A DNA stretch of 61,479 nucleotides, filler included, from Chiloscyllium plagiosum (Eukaryota), in assembly GCF_004010195.1 (NCBI RefSeq). It is 4 parts of one record of this genome, joined end to end, with 100 filler letters (N's around TTAATTAATTAA, not from the genome) between each part and the next. Parts side by side here need not be neighbours in the genome. Positions count along the whole stretch, not along the records: positions 1 to 26,673 come from NC_057717.1; 3 more parts are not named here. One strand, 5' to 3'. This document shows positions 1-12,018 of the stretch, one piece after another. The position numbers and the translations under genes are program-made. The notes below the pieces were generated by a model, which worked only from the letters and a program-made list of their open reading frames with translations, had not been told where the DNA came from and did no database searches. How positions within the stretch are numbered: the first letter of the stretch is position 1; each line of letters starts with the position of its first letter.

Positions 1-289
1 CATTTAATTCCCCAGTGAAGATGATCCTCCTAAGTTCTTCCCTCTCCGTAATCTTTATATTTCCTTTCAATTTCCATGTGACGGGCACAAGCTTTAAATA
101 GCCTGCTCCAATTTGGCTTAATCCGGTCATGTCTTACCGGTTTATAAAATTGATAGTATGAATGTCTTCCTGAGATTTTATATTCAGCAGAAGGAGGAGC
201 GGAAAAGACGACCACGGGGCTGCTGGCGAGGTGAATCATTGATTGAAAAATTTGCTTCGAGCGCCCAGGCGCTCTATTTTGTTTTCAGT

Positions 290-1735
290 AGCAGGAAAAG
301 TGGGAACAACGACGACCGAGCTGCAGCGGAGCTAAATCACTGATGTAAAAACTTTTCTCGTGAATAAGCGGAGCATGCACTGAGCTGGAGACGGCTGAGT
401 AAGTGAGATAACATATTTGGTAAGGTAATTGATTTTGTATTATTTTTTATTTTTGAGATGTCTAGAAATTTGGAAATGTGGGCATGAAGGTGATGGCAAT
501 TGATTGTTTCTCCTGCAGAATGTTGGGGGAAGGGTGACCCGCTCTATTTCTTGCTAACTTCATCAGCGGAAAGTGCACTCAATTTCAGGACCTTGAAAAC
601 CGCGTTAAGGAACTGGAGCTGGAGCTGGATGAACGTTGGATCATTGCGGAGAGGGAGGGGGGTTATTGAGAGAAATTACAGGGAGGTCATTACACCTCAT
701 GTAAAAGAACCAGGCGGAAGGGTCACATTCAGGTGACGGGAAGGGAACTTGCAGTCAGTGCAGGGATCCCCTGTGGCCGTTGCACTCAACAACATGTATA
801 CCTTTATGGATACTGTTGTGAGGTCGACTTACCAGGAATAATCCGTGGGGTATCGGTGTCTGGCGCTGATTCCCTATTGCTCAGAAGAAAAAAGGGGACG
901 TTGGTGATCGTAACTACAAATCACTAAGTTTACTTTAGCCATGTAACGTGATTGTTATACTGCAGGTTACAAGTTATAGTTCGGGGCAAGACAATTACAA
1001 TCCGATAAGGCAAGAATTCGAACGCATTCGATTGGGACAGAAACTGCAGGGGATAGGCACAAATTGAAGTCTGGGACTTAATCGGAACAGCTACTTTGTA
1101 TTCTTGAGAAGTGTGTACTGTTCTGGCAGGGAGGAAGTAGTTGAGCGAGGGAGTAGTTGAATCTCTTGTCAAGAGACAGAAAAGACTTAGGTTGGAATGA
1201 GAAGGCTAAGATAAGGTGCTTTGCGACTTAGAAGTGAGCCGGAAAGATCCAAAGAAAGAGCTGAGAAGAGCCACGAGGGGACAGGAGCAGTAGTTTTCAG
1301 AAAGAATCAAGGAAAACCCGAAGGCTTTCTACGAACATATCAGGGATCAAATAATGACTTTCTTAAGATGAGATCGAATCAAGGGCCATCCAGGAAGTTG
1401 CCAGTTGCGTACGAGGAGATGGGTAAGAGCGAAATTAACATTTTTTCGTCAGTATTCACACTCAGAAAAGACAATGTTGTCAAGCAGAATACTGAGATAC
1501 AGGCGACTGGACTCGACGGTATTGAGGTTCACAAGGAGACGGTTTTAGCAATTCTAGAATGTTTGAAAATATACTGGACTGGATAGGATTTATCCTAGGA
1601 TTATCTGGGCAGCCATGGAGGAGAATGCAGTGCCTTTGGCTTTGATGATCCTTCTATTGTGATTGTCTAAAGGAGTAATGTCAGAAGACTGAAAGATAGC
1701 AAATTTTGGCCATTTGATCTTTTTTTTCCGAGAGG
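290..1735 (+). mobile_element. Decayed CR1-type LINE: 5' UTR, ORF1 N-terminus and part of ORF2, internally deleted
   Basis: Manual translation gives MKVMAIDCFSCRM...FISGKCTQFQDLENRVKELELELDE...GVIERNYREVITP (CR1 ORF1 zinc finger/coiled coil) and later ENPKAFYEHIR (ORF2 linker). Frames are broken. Confidence 0.8.
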
Positions 1736-1739
1736 AACG

Positions 1740-2458
1740 GATACTTAAAAAATACAGTCCGCAGATTCCTCCATAACAAACCACGACAAGCAGACCAAAC
1801 ACAGCCAGAAACCCTAACCACCTTACCATATATCAAATAAGTTTCAGACATGACAGCCAGACTACTAAGACCCCTCGGGATCCGCTTAGCGCACAAACCC
1901 ACCTACACTCTCAAAGAAAAACTTTCAAACTTAATAGACCCAGTACAACCCATGAACAAAACCAATGTCGTCTACAACCTGCCATGCAAGGACTGCCACA
2001 AACACTACGTAGGACAAACAGGAAGAAAGTTAGCCACCAGGATACAGGAACACCAGCTAGCCATAAAAAAAAACACGACCCTCTCTCCCTCGTAGCCCTG
2101 CACACGGATGAAAAGAAACACCCCACGTCTATCCTGGGGCAGGCTCAGCATAGACATTCCAGAGGAATCCTAGAGGCCTGGCACTCTAACCACAACGCCA
2201 TAAACAAATGCATAGATCTAGATACCATCTATCAACCCCTCAGAAAACGAACAGGAAATGACATCACCACAAACCCCAGGAACCCCAGGACAAACATATC
2301 AATAGGAAGCAGGAGACAACAGCTTCGCGTCACTTGCATGTCGCCACTGATGATGTTACCTCGCCAGGTAATGAAACGTCTGGATATTAAACCTAAACCT
2401 CAGCGAGCAGACCTACACCCTAAACCTCAACCTGAGCTACAAACCTTCACAAACTTTG
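1740..2458 (+). mobile_element. Penelope-like element, 3' portion (GIY-YIG endonuclease and terminal repeat)
   Basis: ORF 1850..2095 has NVVYNLPCKDCHKHYVGQTGRKLATRIQEH; ORF 1984..2484 has ILEAWHSNHNAINKCIDLD. Homologous to 49444-50896. Confidence 0.9.
2344..2383 (+). ncRNA. Minimal type I hammerhead ribozyme in Penelope terminal repeat
   Basis: CCA-CTGATGA-T-GTTACCT-cgcc-AGGTAAT-GAAAC-GTC-TGG: conserved core, 7-bp stem II closed by a G-U pair, loopless ACGU stem III, 3-bp stem I. Confidence 0.75.
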
Positions 2459-2479
2459 TCATAATGATGATTGATAAGA

Positions 2480-4400
2480 ACTAAAAAAAAGACAGTGTGT
2501 TATGTCAACGCCAAGATAGGTGACGCTGGATATCTTTTTAAAATCTGCCTTTTACCTTTCCCGAGCTTGTATCATTCATATTCCACAGAACCTGTTAAGG
2601 TGGAGCTCAGAAATAGCAAAGTAGAAGTAAATATAAATGGTAATTATATGCCCGTTTCAAAGCTGCAATACAGGTATTGGGCATCTTATACAACAGGAAA
2701 TTAGACATGTATGTTTGTAGGCACTGCAGTAATAATAGACGCCATAAATTTCAACTAAATTGCGTTAGCACAAGAGTACTAATACTGTCAAAAATGGATT
2801 TAATAATGTATATGAAATAGTTTCCTAAAACAGTATGTTGAAAACCGAGCTGGAAATTGACAGAATTTTGCATTGGTAATGTGTGATCTGAACAAATAAT
2901 TAAAAATCTTTCTGCAAAGGAGCTTCTGAGAACATTGATTACAATGTATTGAACATTAACTGGCATTTGGTCACAGTTTTTTTTGTTCGAAAATAAGGTT
3001 AAAATCCTGAGCCATGCACGCCACGACGATACCAAGCTCAAGGTGGCATCAGTGAATTGGAGAAGTTTATGAAATAATAGTTAATGGAAAGAAGGCAATG
3101 TCTGTTATTTGTAAAAGGTGTGCAATGTACATACATTCCACAAAGATGCTAAAAGCAAAATGGAAAGTGGACTCAGAAATGGTCAACAAAAGAAGCTAAA
3201 AATTGGATTAGATCAAAAGTAACGGTTCAGCAAAATACTACATATTGTAATAAGGCAGGGGATTCAGAGAAACTTAGGACGAAACAAAGGACGAGCAACA
3301 ATCTGACAAGGAAATGAAAAAGAAACTTGAATGCAAGCTAAGAAAAGACATAAAGGACCATGAAAATCTTCTTTCAATGTTTGAAAGCACAATAAAACAA
3401 TGACAAGTGTGAAACAGAGGGTGAATATCCAAAAAAGGATGATCTATTGTTGAGAACAGAGAAATTACACGGAAAGTAGAACGTTTCTTGGTGTCTGCCT
3501 TCATTGCAGATCATCCAGGAAATCTCCCAGAAATACCAACTGACCATGGGAATTGAGTGGTCAAATAAAATCATTCGTATCAACAACAAGGCAGTATTTG
3601 AAAACATAGCTGGATTGAGCATTGTTGGGCCATATGTACTTCATAACAGAATTTTGGAGACAGAATCAGGAGATATATTTACTGCATTTGTGATCATTGT
3701 GTTATTTCCTCATATATTCTGCAAAGATAGGTAGACATAAAGGATAACTGGGAGTTGTGATGTTAATCCAATTATTTAAACAGGGTAGAATAGGGAACGT
3801 GAACTGCACATCAGTCACCTTATTATCAAGCGTATTTTGGAATCTATCGTTTCGAGTGTCTTTTTGGATATTTAGCAAATAATAGCTGAATTTGAGGAAA
3901 TTACGAAGCATATATGAAAGGGAAAATATAATTGGCTTTTCTTTAATTGGTTAAATATCTTTCTGATGGACAGCGACAATGGAGAAGCAGTGGGCGTGAT
4001 ATAACTGGATACTTGGTAGTATATTTTAATACGACACGCAATGAGTTTGTGAATATAATTGAAGTGAGGGGAATTGGGACGAACATATGCAAGTGCAAAG
4101 ATAAAATAAAGGATGGTTTTCATTTAATGAAAATCGGAAAAGAGAAGTCAAGCCATTCTGTATCAGTTACATAGAGTGTTGTAGAAACTGTAACTGGACT
4201 ATTGTCTTCGGTTTTCGTCTCCAGATCCAAGAAACATATAATGACCGCAGAGGGCGTGAAACTGACATTTTCTGGATTAATTCCTTAAATGGTAAGATTG
4301 TGTGGTAAGGAATTTTGAGATCTGTTCTCTCGAGAATCAGAAGGGTGAGAATTGATTACAGTGAATCTTAGGAAATTCACACAGCGGGAGTTGACTAAAA
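2480..4400 (+). mobile_element. Heavily decayed CR1 ORF2 remnant
   Basis: Residual motifs VELRNSK (endonuclease) and PLFKKG-like (ccaattatttaaacaggg), plus a 3' RT-like region; many stops. Confidence 0.55.
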
Positions 4401-4636
4401 TGGGAGTATGGACAGGCATAAATCTCCTCTCCAACCTAACACTTCCATCCCCACTTCCATGTGCCTATCGCATTCCCAGCTACCTTCTCTCAGACCTACC
4501 CCTTCTCATTTAACTCTCAGCCCCCTTGAAAACTGTGCCTCATTCATGATGAAGGGTTTATGCCTGAAACGTCGACTCTCCTGCTCATCGGAATCTGCCT
4601 GACAGGCTGTGCTATTCCAGCCCTAACAATATCGAA
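4400..4636 (+). mobile_element. Penelope-related terminal-repeat remnant with degenerate hammerhead core
   Basis: ATGATGA-A-GGGT-ttat-GCCT-GAAAC-GTC at about 4546-4573, followed by sequence homologous to the arm of the 4651-4873 element. Confidence 0.6.
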
Positions 4637-4743
4637 TCAGGCAATAAGTGGGAAGAAAGTGAGGTCTGCAGATGCTGGAGATCAGAGCTGAAAATGTGTT
4701 GCTGGAAAAGCGCAGCAGGTCAGGCAGCATCCAGGGAACAGGA

Positions 4744-4781
4744 GAATCGACGTTTCGGGCATAAGCCCTTCTTCAGGATTC
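4744..4781 (-). ncRNA. Minimal type I hammerhead ribozyme (intact core)
   Basis: Minus strand reads GAATC-CTGAAGA-A-GGGC-ttat-GCCC-GAAAC-GTC-GATTC: 5-bp stem I, 4-bp stem II, loopless stem III, GUC cleavage triplet. Confidence 0.8.
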
Positions 4782-4814
4782 CTGAAGAAGAGCTTATGCC
4801 CGAAACGTCGATTC
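4777..4814 (+). ncRNA. Minimal hammerhead ribozyme, mirror copy with one stem II mismatch
   Basis: GATTC-CTGAAGA-A-GAGC-ttat-GCCC-GAAAC-GTC-GATTC; stem I is weaker than in the minus-strand copy. Confidence 0.6.
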
Positions 4815-4889
4815 TCCTGTTCCCTGGATGCTGCCTGACCTGGTGCGCTTTTCCAGCAACACATTTTCAGCTCAGGCAATAAGTGACTT

Positions 4890-5070
4890 GATGAAAAAAA
4901 CACAGCAGGTCAGGCAGCAACCGAGCAGCAGGATAGTTCACCTTTTGGGATCAGACATTCATCAGCACTCTCTTGATTCTTGGACATTCCTGATGCAGCG
5001 CTGCTGTGCTTTTCCAGCGCCACACTTTCCGACTCCAGTCTCCAGATTCTGCAGTTCCGACTTTTTCCGA
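4890..5070. mobile_element. Older, degenerate copy of the fold-back element family
   Basis: cacagcaggtcaggcagc...ttcatcag, then ttcctgatg followed directly by gctgctgtgcttttccagc...ctccagattctgcag. Same inverted layout with the right arm deleted. Confidence 0.6.
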
Positions 5071-5099
5071 GCATGGACAGGCAAAATGGTGAAGAATCC

Positions 5100-5830
5100 C
5101 AAGATAGTTTGCAATCCTTCAAGAAGAACAGAATTACCAGCGCACAGTTATAGTTGACAAGATACCAACGCTCTCTGCTTGAAACTAGAGAATATCAATC
5201 GACTAAAAATTGGCCCCTTTTTTTAGCTTGGGTGAAGGAGAATGCAGACACACAATTTGATTACATGAACTGTGAAGAGGGTGAGCAGATTGGTAAAAGA
5301 TGCGAGCAGGCATTGGATTTTTTTCTGGATTCTTATTCGACAAATTCCCAGTCAGGATGAGTTGTATCCAGGCAGAGAAAATGGCCAGATCCAAACTTCT
5401 AAGTTGAATACGGCAACAAAGGGAGTGTCAGATGACTGAAGAACAGATGATCTGATTCCACTTTACAGAGAAAACTCGAAGTGAAAGACCTGGAAATGAT
5501 AGACAAGTGAGTCTCACATCAGTGTAAGGGAAACATTTGCAGGAAAGAGGGAGGAAGCAAATCAATCGCTGTTTGGAGAGGCAAGGTTTGATCTGGTCGA
5601 GTTAGCATGACTTTATCAAAGGATAATCATGCCTCGTTAATTTGGTTGCTTTTATTCAAAGATGCCGATGTGATTTTTCAGCAAAGGCTTCGACAACGTC
5701 CTGCATCGGAAACTGATACAAAGTAAGATTGCATGGTATCAATAAAACGTTGCGAAAATGCTTTCAAAAAAGACTCAGACAAAACATGAGTTCCCTTTCA
5801 CAAAACAATGTCGACTGTCAGTTGACCTGC
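5100..5830 (+). mobile_element. CR1 ORF2 fragments, decayed
   Basis: Remnants resembling QHGF.KG.SCL.NL and DFSKAFD.V.H at about 5600-5710. Confidence 0.5.
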
Positions 5831-6218
5831 AATGCTTTCCTTCTTAATTCATTGGAATATATCCGAAATCTGACAGCAATCAGAATCAGGAACGCCAATG
5901 CCGGACTCGACTCCTCTGAGCGAGCGAAGCAGATTATTTCATGGAATGAAGTTTCCTACCGAACGAGCACTTGACCCTGCATCTGTAAGAGGCATGGTCG
6001 ACCAAATGTTCGTTGCAGTGATGTACAAAGTTCAGGCAAGCATACTCTGCCCCTCTGAGCATCCACAAAGATTATTGCAACCCATGGGTTCTCCCCATGC
6101 ATCTACTGTTAAAGAAATCTTGAGACTGAAATGGGTATGGCGGATGTGGCATACTGAACAACTCTACTGCTTGATGTAGTGGATCCTTTATTTCTGAAAT
6201 ACTCCAGGAACAAGAGGC

Positions 6219-6718
6219 NNNNNNNNNNNNNNNNNNNNNNNNNNNNNNNNNNNNNNNNNNNNNNNNNNNNNNNNNNNNNNNNNNNNNNNNNNNNNNNNNN
6301 NNNNNNNNNNNNNNNNNNNNNNNNNNNNNNNNNNNNNNNNNNNNNNNNNNNNNNNNNNNNNNNNNNNNNNNNNNNNNNNNNNNNNNNNNNNNNNNNNNNN
6401 NNNNNNNNNNNNNNNNNNNNNNNNNNNNNNNNNNNNNNNNNNNNNNNNNNNNNNNNNNNNNNNNNNNNNNNNNNNNNNNNNNNNNNNNNNNNNNNNNNNN
6501 NNNNNNNNNNNNNNNNNNNNNNNNNNNNNNNNNNNNNNNNNNNNNNNNNNNNNNNNNNNNNNNNNNNNNNNNNNNNNNNNNNNNNNNNNNNNNNNNNNNN
6601 NNNNNNNNNNNNNNNNNNNNNNNNNNNNNNNNNNNNNNNNNNNNNNNNNNNNNNNNNNNNNNNNNNNNNNNNNNNNNNNNNNNNNNNNNNNNNNNNNNNN
6701 NNNNNNNNNNNNNNNNNN
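6219..6718. other. Assembly gap (500 N)
   Basis: Run of N. Confidence 1.
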
Positions 6719-6764
6719 TACACATCGGAATCATCGAACTCTAATGGAATCTAGGCGTACACAG

Positions 6765-7592
6765 CCGGGATAATCCAGCTCTCTAAACTGGGAGCATCGT
6801 TGTGAACATCCGGTATGGTCTTGCTCTCTTAAGTGGGAATCTCGGTGTGAACAGTGTGGATGGACCAAAACACTGAACTCGGAATCTCAGTGCGAGCAGC
6901 CAGGTTGATCAAACTCCATAAACTCGGAATTTCAGAGTGAAAAGCCAAGTTTGTCCAGGTCTGTAAACTGGGAATTTTGCTGTAAACGGTCGGGAATGTC
7001 CAATTCTGTAAACTGGGTTTCTCAGTGCAAACAGTCATATGTATCCATCTGTCTAAATTGGGAATCTTGGTATGAATCTCCCCGATGGTCAAGCTGTCCA
7101 AACCGGCAATCCCAGTATGAAAAGATGGATTGGTGCAGCTCTCTAAATTGTTAATCACACTGATATGTGCCAGTGCTCAAAGCTGGGCATCTCGGCGAAT
7201 ATAGTTGTGCTGGTCCAGATCTATAAATGGGGAATCTCACTATAAACAACCGTGATATTCCGGGTCTCAAAACAGGGAATCACGGTTTGAACAGCGATTA
7301 TGGTCCAGCTCTGTAAACTGGGAACCTGGCTATGAAAACTCTGGGGGAGCCCAGCTCTCTAAACCGGCTGCATAAGCTGGGAACCTCGTTTGGAACAGTT
7401 GGCACAGTCCAGCTCCCGGGACTGAGAATCTCGGTGTGAGTAGCCTTTACAGTCCAGCTCTGGAACCTGGAAATCTCCATGTGAGTAGATGGGGTGGTGC
7501 AACGTTTTAAACTTGAAATCGTAGTGTGAACAACCAAGAAAGTCCAGCTCTAGAAATTAAGAACCTCAGTGGATACAGCTGGGATGGTCCAG
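6765..7592. repeat. Degenerate tandem repeat, 45-bp unit (about GTCCAGCTCTCTAAACTGGGAATCTCGGTGTGAACAG...)
   Basis: GGAAT motif recurs at 6881, 6926, 6971 and 7061, in multiples of 45 bp. Confidence 0.85.
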
Positions 7593-7597
7593 CTGAC

Positions 7598-8327
7598 TGT
7601 ACTGATGGTGTAGCTGTATACTTTACATTTCAGGTGAGTGAAAGCAGGCAAGGATTTAACACTCAGAGAGTGTGCTGAAAAATCGAAAATGGTAACAAAT
7701 GGCTGGGAAATAAATAGCAGGAGCTGAGTTGCTATGATGCACAACAAATCTGATATTGGCCAATCAGTTTAGATTCTTCACCAAGGTACCAAAATCCAAT
7801 CAAATTTGAATTTACATGTTGTGATGTCACTAAACCAATGAGACCGCCCGATGTTTTGGTTATAAAAATCAGGCATTTTGAACAGTTCATCAGACTGGCA
7901 AAGAGCACCAACAGTCTACGCACAGAACCGCTCTCTGAAAGCTACCTGTTCATATGAAATCTGTGAAACAGATGACCAAAGATTAGAAGACAGGAAAATC
8001 TACGAGGAATATACAAAAAGAAATCCGAAAAACGACTGGTTTTGAAATTTCAAATTGTTGTTAAAATCAATCGTTTGTTTGGATAGAACCAGTATATTAT
8101 TATGAAGTGGGACATTGATACATTGTTCAGACAAAGGATGATTACAGTGCACATATTTGTTGTTAATATTTTTCTGGGAGTTAAATGATAAATGGTAATT
8201 TTTCTCTGAGTTGTGGGATTGGTACATTCTATCTGACTGATAATTTAGGAGATTAAGGGACAAGGTGATTTTTTTTTCTCTGTGTGTCAGGTTGAAATCA
8301 TAGAAGGGTTTACCCCGGCTCATAAAA
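7598..8327 (+). repeat. 5' LTR (diverged; start approximate)
   Basis: Its end tctgtgtgtcaggttgaaatcatagaagggtttaccc matches the 3' LTR end, and 7930-8060 is homologous to 12213-12340. Confidence 0.6.
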
Positions 8328-8330
8328 GTT

Positions 8331-8348
8331 TGGAGGCTCTGTCTCCGT
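8331..8348 (+). promoter_or_regulatory. Degenerate primer-binding site, tRNA-Pro type
   Basis: TGGAGGCTCTGTC just after the 5' LTR resembles TGGGGGCTCGTCC, the complement of the tRNA-Pro 3' end. Confidence 0.55.
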
Positions 8349-11300
8349 GGTTTGAACCGTTTAGATAGACCCAGTCTCTGATTTGTATAGACTTAAGTAA
8401 GTTTGGATTACGAAAATGCCCAGTCGATTCTAAAACTTGCCGGATAATGTTTAAACATAACATTGGAGAGACGTATCGCTTAGTTGTGGTTACTTGTGGT
8501 TACTACAACTGAAATCTGACAGAAATAGCTATTGAAGTTGCAAAATAGGTTCTGGGGTATGAGGATGATTCCCAAGTTTGCTAAGAAAGTCCAGAAGGAA
8601 ATAAAAATAACTTTTTCTTATAATTAGCAAAGAGGTTTGAGTTGGAATAATCAAAGACAAAGGTAAAGCTAAATTTGTAAGGGTATAACTCAGATACCTA
8701 GGTATTTCAGAGGAAAAGACAAGTGCAGTAGAGTTCAAAAACATTCAATTACAATTAAGGAAAACGGAGTTAGAAGATATAAAAAGAGAGAGCCAGAAAA
8801 GAAAAAGGGAAGGTGAAAGAGTGACAAAAGAGAGAAAGAGAGAGAGAAAGAAAGAGAGAGAATGTTCTTAGCTGAGTAAAGAGAAAGAGAAGAAAGGCAG
8901 AGAGAAAAAGAGGGATAATTTAAAATTTTGAATTTGCGAATTAGTCAGTGAAGTCAAATTAACAGAATGGAAATGAAAACAGAGCGTAGTGATATATACA
9001 AGTATGTCAAAACTCTACCACATTTGTTTGAGAAAGCCTTCTTTATTTCGTTTGAAAAATTGGCGAGGCAGATGGAGTGGTCCAGGGATTTATGGGTAAC
9101 TTTAATCCAGAATAAACTGGTCAGCAGAGCTCGTGAGGTATTTGCAGCGTTGTCAGATGAGCAGTCAAGAGATTATGAATAGGTCAAACACGCTATTTTA
9201 AGTATTTATTAATTGCTGCCGGACGTGTACAAACAGTGGTTCAGAAATATAAAGACAGAAGCATGTCAGTCTGGTGTTGAGTTCTAAAGAATAAAACATC
9301 GTCATTTCAGATAGAAGGGTGCAGACCTCTAAATTAGATAAGACATATGAGGCGGTAGGAGAGGTTACTCTGCTGGAGGAGTTAAAAAAACTCTTCCAGA
9401 GGAATTCAGAGAAATAATTCACGTGTATTAACAGAAAGTTCAGGAAGTGAGAAGAGCAGAGTCAGCAGATGAATGCATGTTGGTGCCTATGACAAACTTC
9501 CGGCCAGAATTACATGACGTGAGATAGAGAACCTGTGAGAAGGGGAGATACTACACTACAAATCAAAGGGTAGAGGAAACTGATAACACAGGTTTAAGAA
9601 GAAGCCCAAGAGGGTGGAAAGGAGGTGAAAGGCCTCAGGTGTTTCCCCTCTGGTAAAGTGAAACATGTAACCATACAGATAACTCGGGAAAAGATGTAGT
9701 AAAATAAGCTCAGCTCGTGGTATGAGTGGAAGGAGTAAAGAGAACCACAATAAACGTCGAGGAGCATCAGGACACTGCACAGACGAGTTAGGGGCGGATT
9801 TTGCCAGATCACCATCGTCACTTCTGTGGGGAAAGTCTATTCTGAAAGAACGTGGGGGGAGGGGACGTGGGGTAGAGGAGGACAAGAAGTTATAATTTTA
9901 AGAGATGGAACATCTAACCAGTCTCTAATACTAAGAGATGAGCGAATTGGTACTCTTTGTGTTCTGTTACCTGAGATTGTGGTACTTTGTGCGATAGATG
10001 GACAGAATGTTTGCGTTCCTCTGTGTAAGACTAGGTTGGCGTGCCAAATCCAGACTGTGGAAGAAACAGTCGGATTGATTGACAGAGTGTCAGTTTCAGG
10101 AATCCAGTTTGTTATTCGAAATCATTTAGCAGGTTCGAAGGTGGGACTTACATCCCTTGTTTTGGAGAAGCCCAAGAAAGACCAGAAACTGAGGAGTTAA
10201 AACAGAAATATCCTGGTAGACTGTGTAGTATCGAGATCCCACTGACATAAGCCACAGAACGAAGCAAAAACTAAAGGGAATGATTAACGAGTTGAGGGTC
10301 AGTTAGCAGAAACCCAGTTTGATGTAATAGTGCAGGAAAAACCTGAACAGGCAGAGTGCCAGACTGAAGTGTTTCCAGCTGAAAGGCTAATGGGCTTGCA
10401 ACAGAAAGAAGAGACAATTGAAGAAATAGATGTTAATGCAGACATCGAAAGAGGGATGGAAAATAGTTCTGAGGTTTATTACCTGAAAGCACTGCAGAAA
10501 CATGTTTAATTACGGCCCTGGAGAATGAGGAATCAAATCCAGATGATGTGGATTTTGATGTTTCTCAAAAAAATTAAAAATCAATAAGTTCTTAATGAGT
10601 GTGATAGGTTAGCAAATTATTTCTCTCCAGACAAAAGAATGCATCTGAAACGTTTGTTACTGCAGTATGAAGACATATGTAAGAATCGGATGAGGAGGAC
10701 TAATGCTATTGCAAATGAAGTAGACGTCGTGAATGATGATTGAATAAAACAACACCCTATCAGCATAATCCTTTCAAAGCCAGACTGCTCCAAAAGAACG
10801 CGGAGGCAATGCTCTACGAGGATATCATTGCAGCCAGAGACAGAGCGAGTGGACTTCACCCATCAGTTTACTTCCCAATCCTGACAGGAAGCAACGATTT
10901 TAAGTGATTAACGGAACGTCAACGCAGTAACAGAATCGGACACAGATCCAGTAACGAGTTTGGAGGATGAGAAAGTTGGACAAGCCAGAAACATCTCAAA
11001 GTTGGACTTACTGCGTGGTTACTGACAGGTGTCTTTATCAGAGAAGGTGAAAGAAATCTCTGCGTTGGTAATCCAAAATGGGCTACATTAATTCATAGTG
11101 ATGCCCTTTGGAATGAAAAACGTTCCCGCCACCTTCCAAAGACTCATTAACAGAGTTGTGTGGGTTACGGATGGACAGGTTAGGACCAGGAGGCATTTGA
11201 TCATTTGAAACCAATATTATCTTCCGCACCTGTTTTAGCCATAGCAAACTCTTTGAAACCCTTCAAGGTTGCCATCGATTCGAGTGACATAGGGCTTGGA

Positions 11301-11419
11301 GCTGTACTGCTACAGGAAGATGATTAAACAAAGAGAGGCAACATCCACGATAGGAAATACTCCATGATCGAAAAAGATCTATTGACTTTGATACTTACCT
11401 AATAACATTTTAATGTGTT

Positions 11420-11665
11420 AAAGAACAAAGAACATTTACAGTCCAATAACACGCCCTTCGGTCATTCAAGCCTGAGCCGATTCAAATGTACTGTCTCATT
11501 ATTGAATCTTTTACCTTGGGAAAAAGCTTGGCTCTATCCACTCTGTCTATACTCTTTATGATTTTGTAAACCTCAAACATGTCCCCTCACACTCTCATTC
11601 CTTCCAGTTTAAATAAACCTAGCCGACTCAACCTCACTTCATAGCTAGCACCAGGCAGCGTCCTC
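11420..11665 (-). mobile_element. CR1 3'-end fragment nested in the Gypsy RNase H region
   Basis: aagaacaaagaac tail and CR1 3' RT-like sequence (tttatgattttgtaaacctcaa) interrupt the RNase H reading. Confidence 0.65.
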
Positions 11666-12018
11666 GTGTCTGTAACAATGTGTCTGAATTGGTTGTGTTC
11701 ACGGGTCATAATCCTCTTACATTCATGTAATCCTTTCAAGACAAGAATATGAGACTATTATGTTGGCGTCTCATGTTACAGACTTTTAAACTCCAAATCG
11801 TGCAAGTTGTGAGTCATTACAATGTGATCGGTGAGCATTATCGCGGCTTTAATTACTAAAGTTTACATTACTAACGTTTATATCTATCCACTGTATTGTG
11901 CACACATGGGAAGAAGTTAGGATGAACTTTAATTAAAGTTATATGTATGTCGTGGTAATGTTACGGAATAAAAAAATACAAAGCCTTTTTTATGATGGTT
12001 TTTACTTACGTGGGGAGG

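Larger units (their letters stand above)
4651..4873. mobile_element. Non-autonomous fold-back (palindromic) hammerhead-containing insertion with target-site duplication
   Basis: Arms 4685-4778 and 4780-4873 (94 bp, 2 mismatches, 1-nt spacer). Flanked by TCAGGCAATAAGTG at 4637-4650 and 4872-4885. Confidence 0.9.

Noticed and set aside
4682..4903. Near-identical ORFs on both strands (CCWKSA...)
   Set aside because: Consequence of the palindrome; no coding evidence.
6072..6754. Long ORFs spanning N runs (also 44629-45270 and 48227-48858)
   Set aside because: Open only because of gaps or GC-rich tandem repeats.
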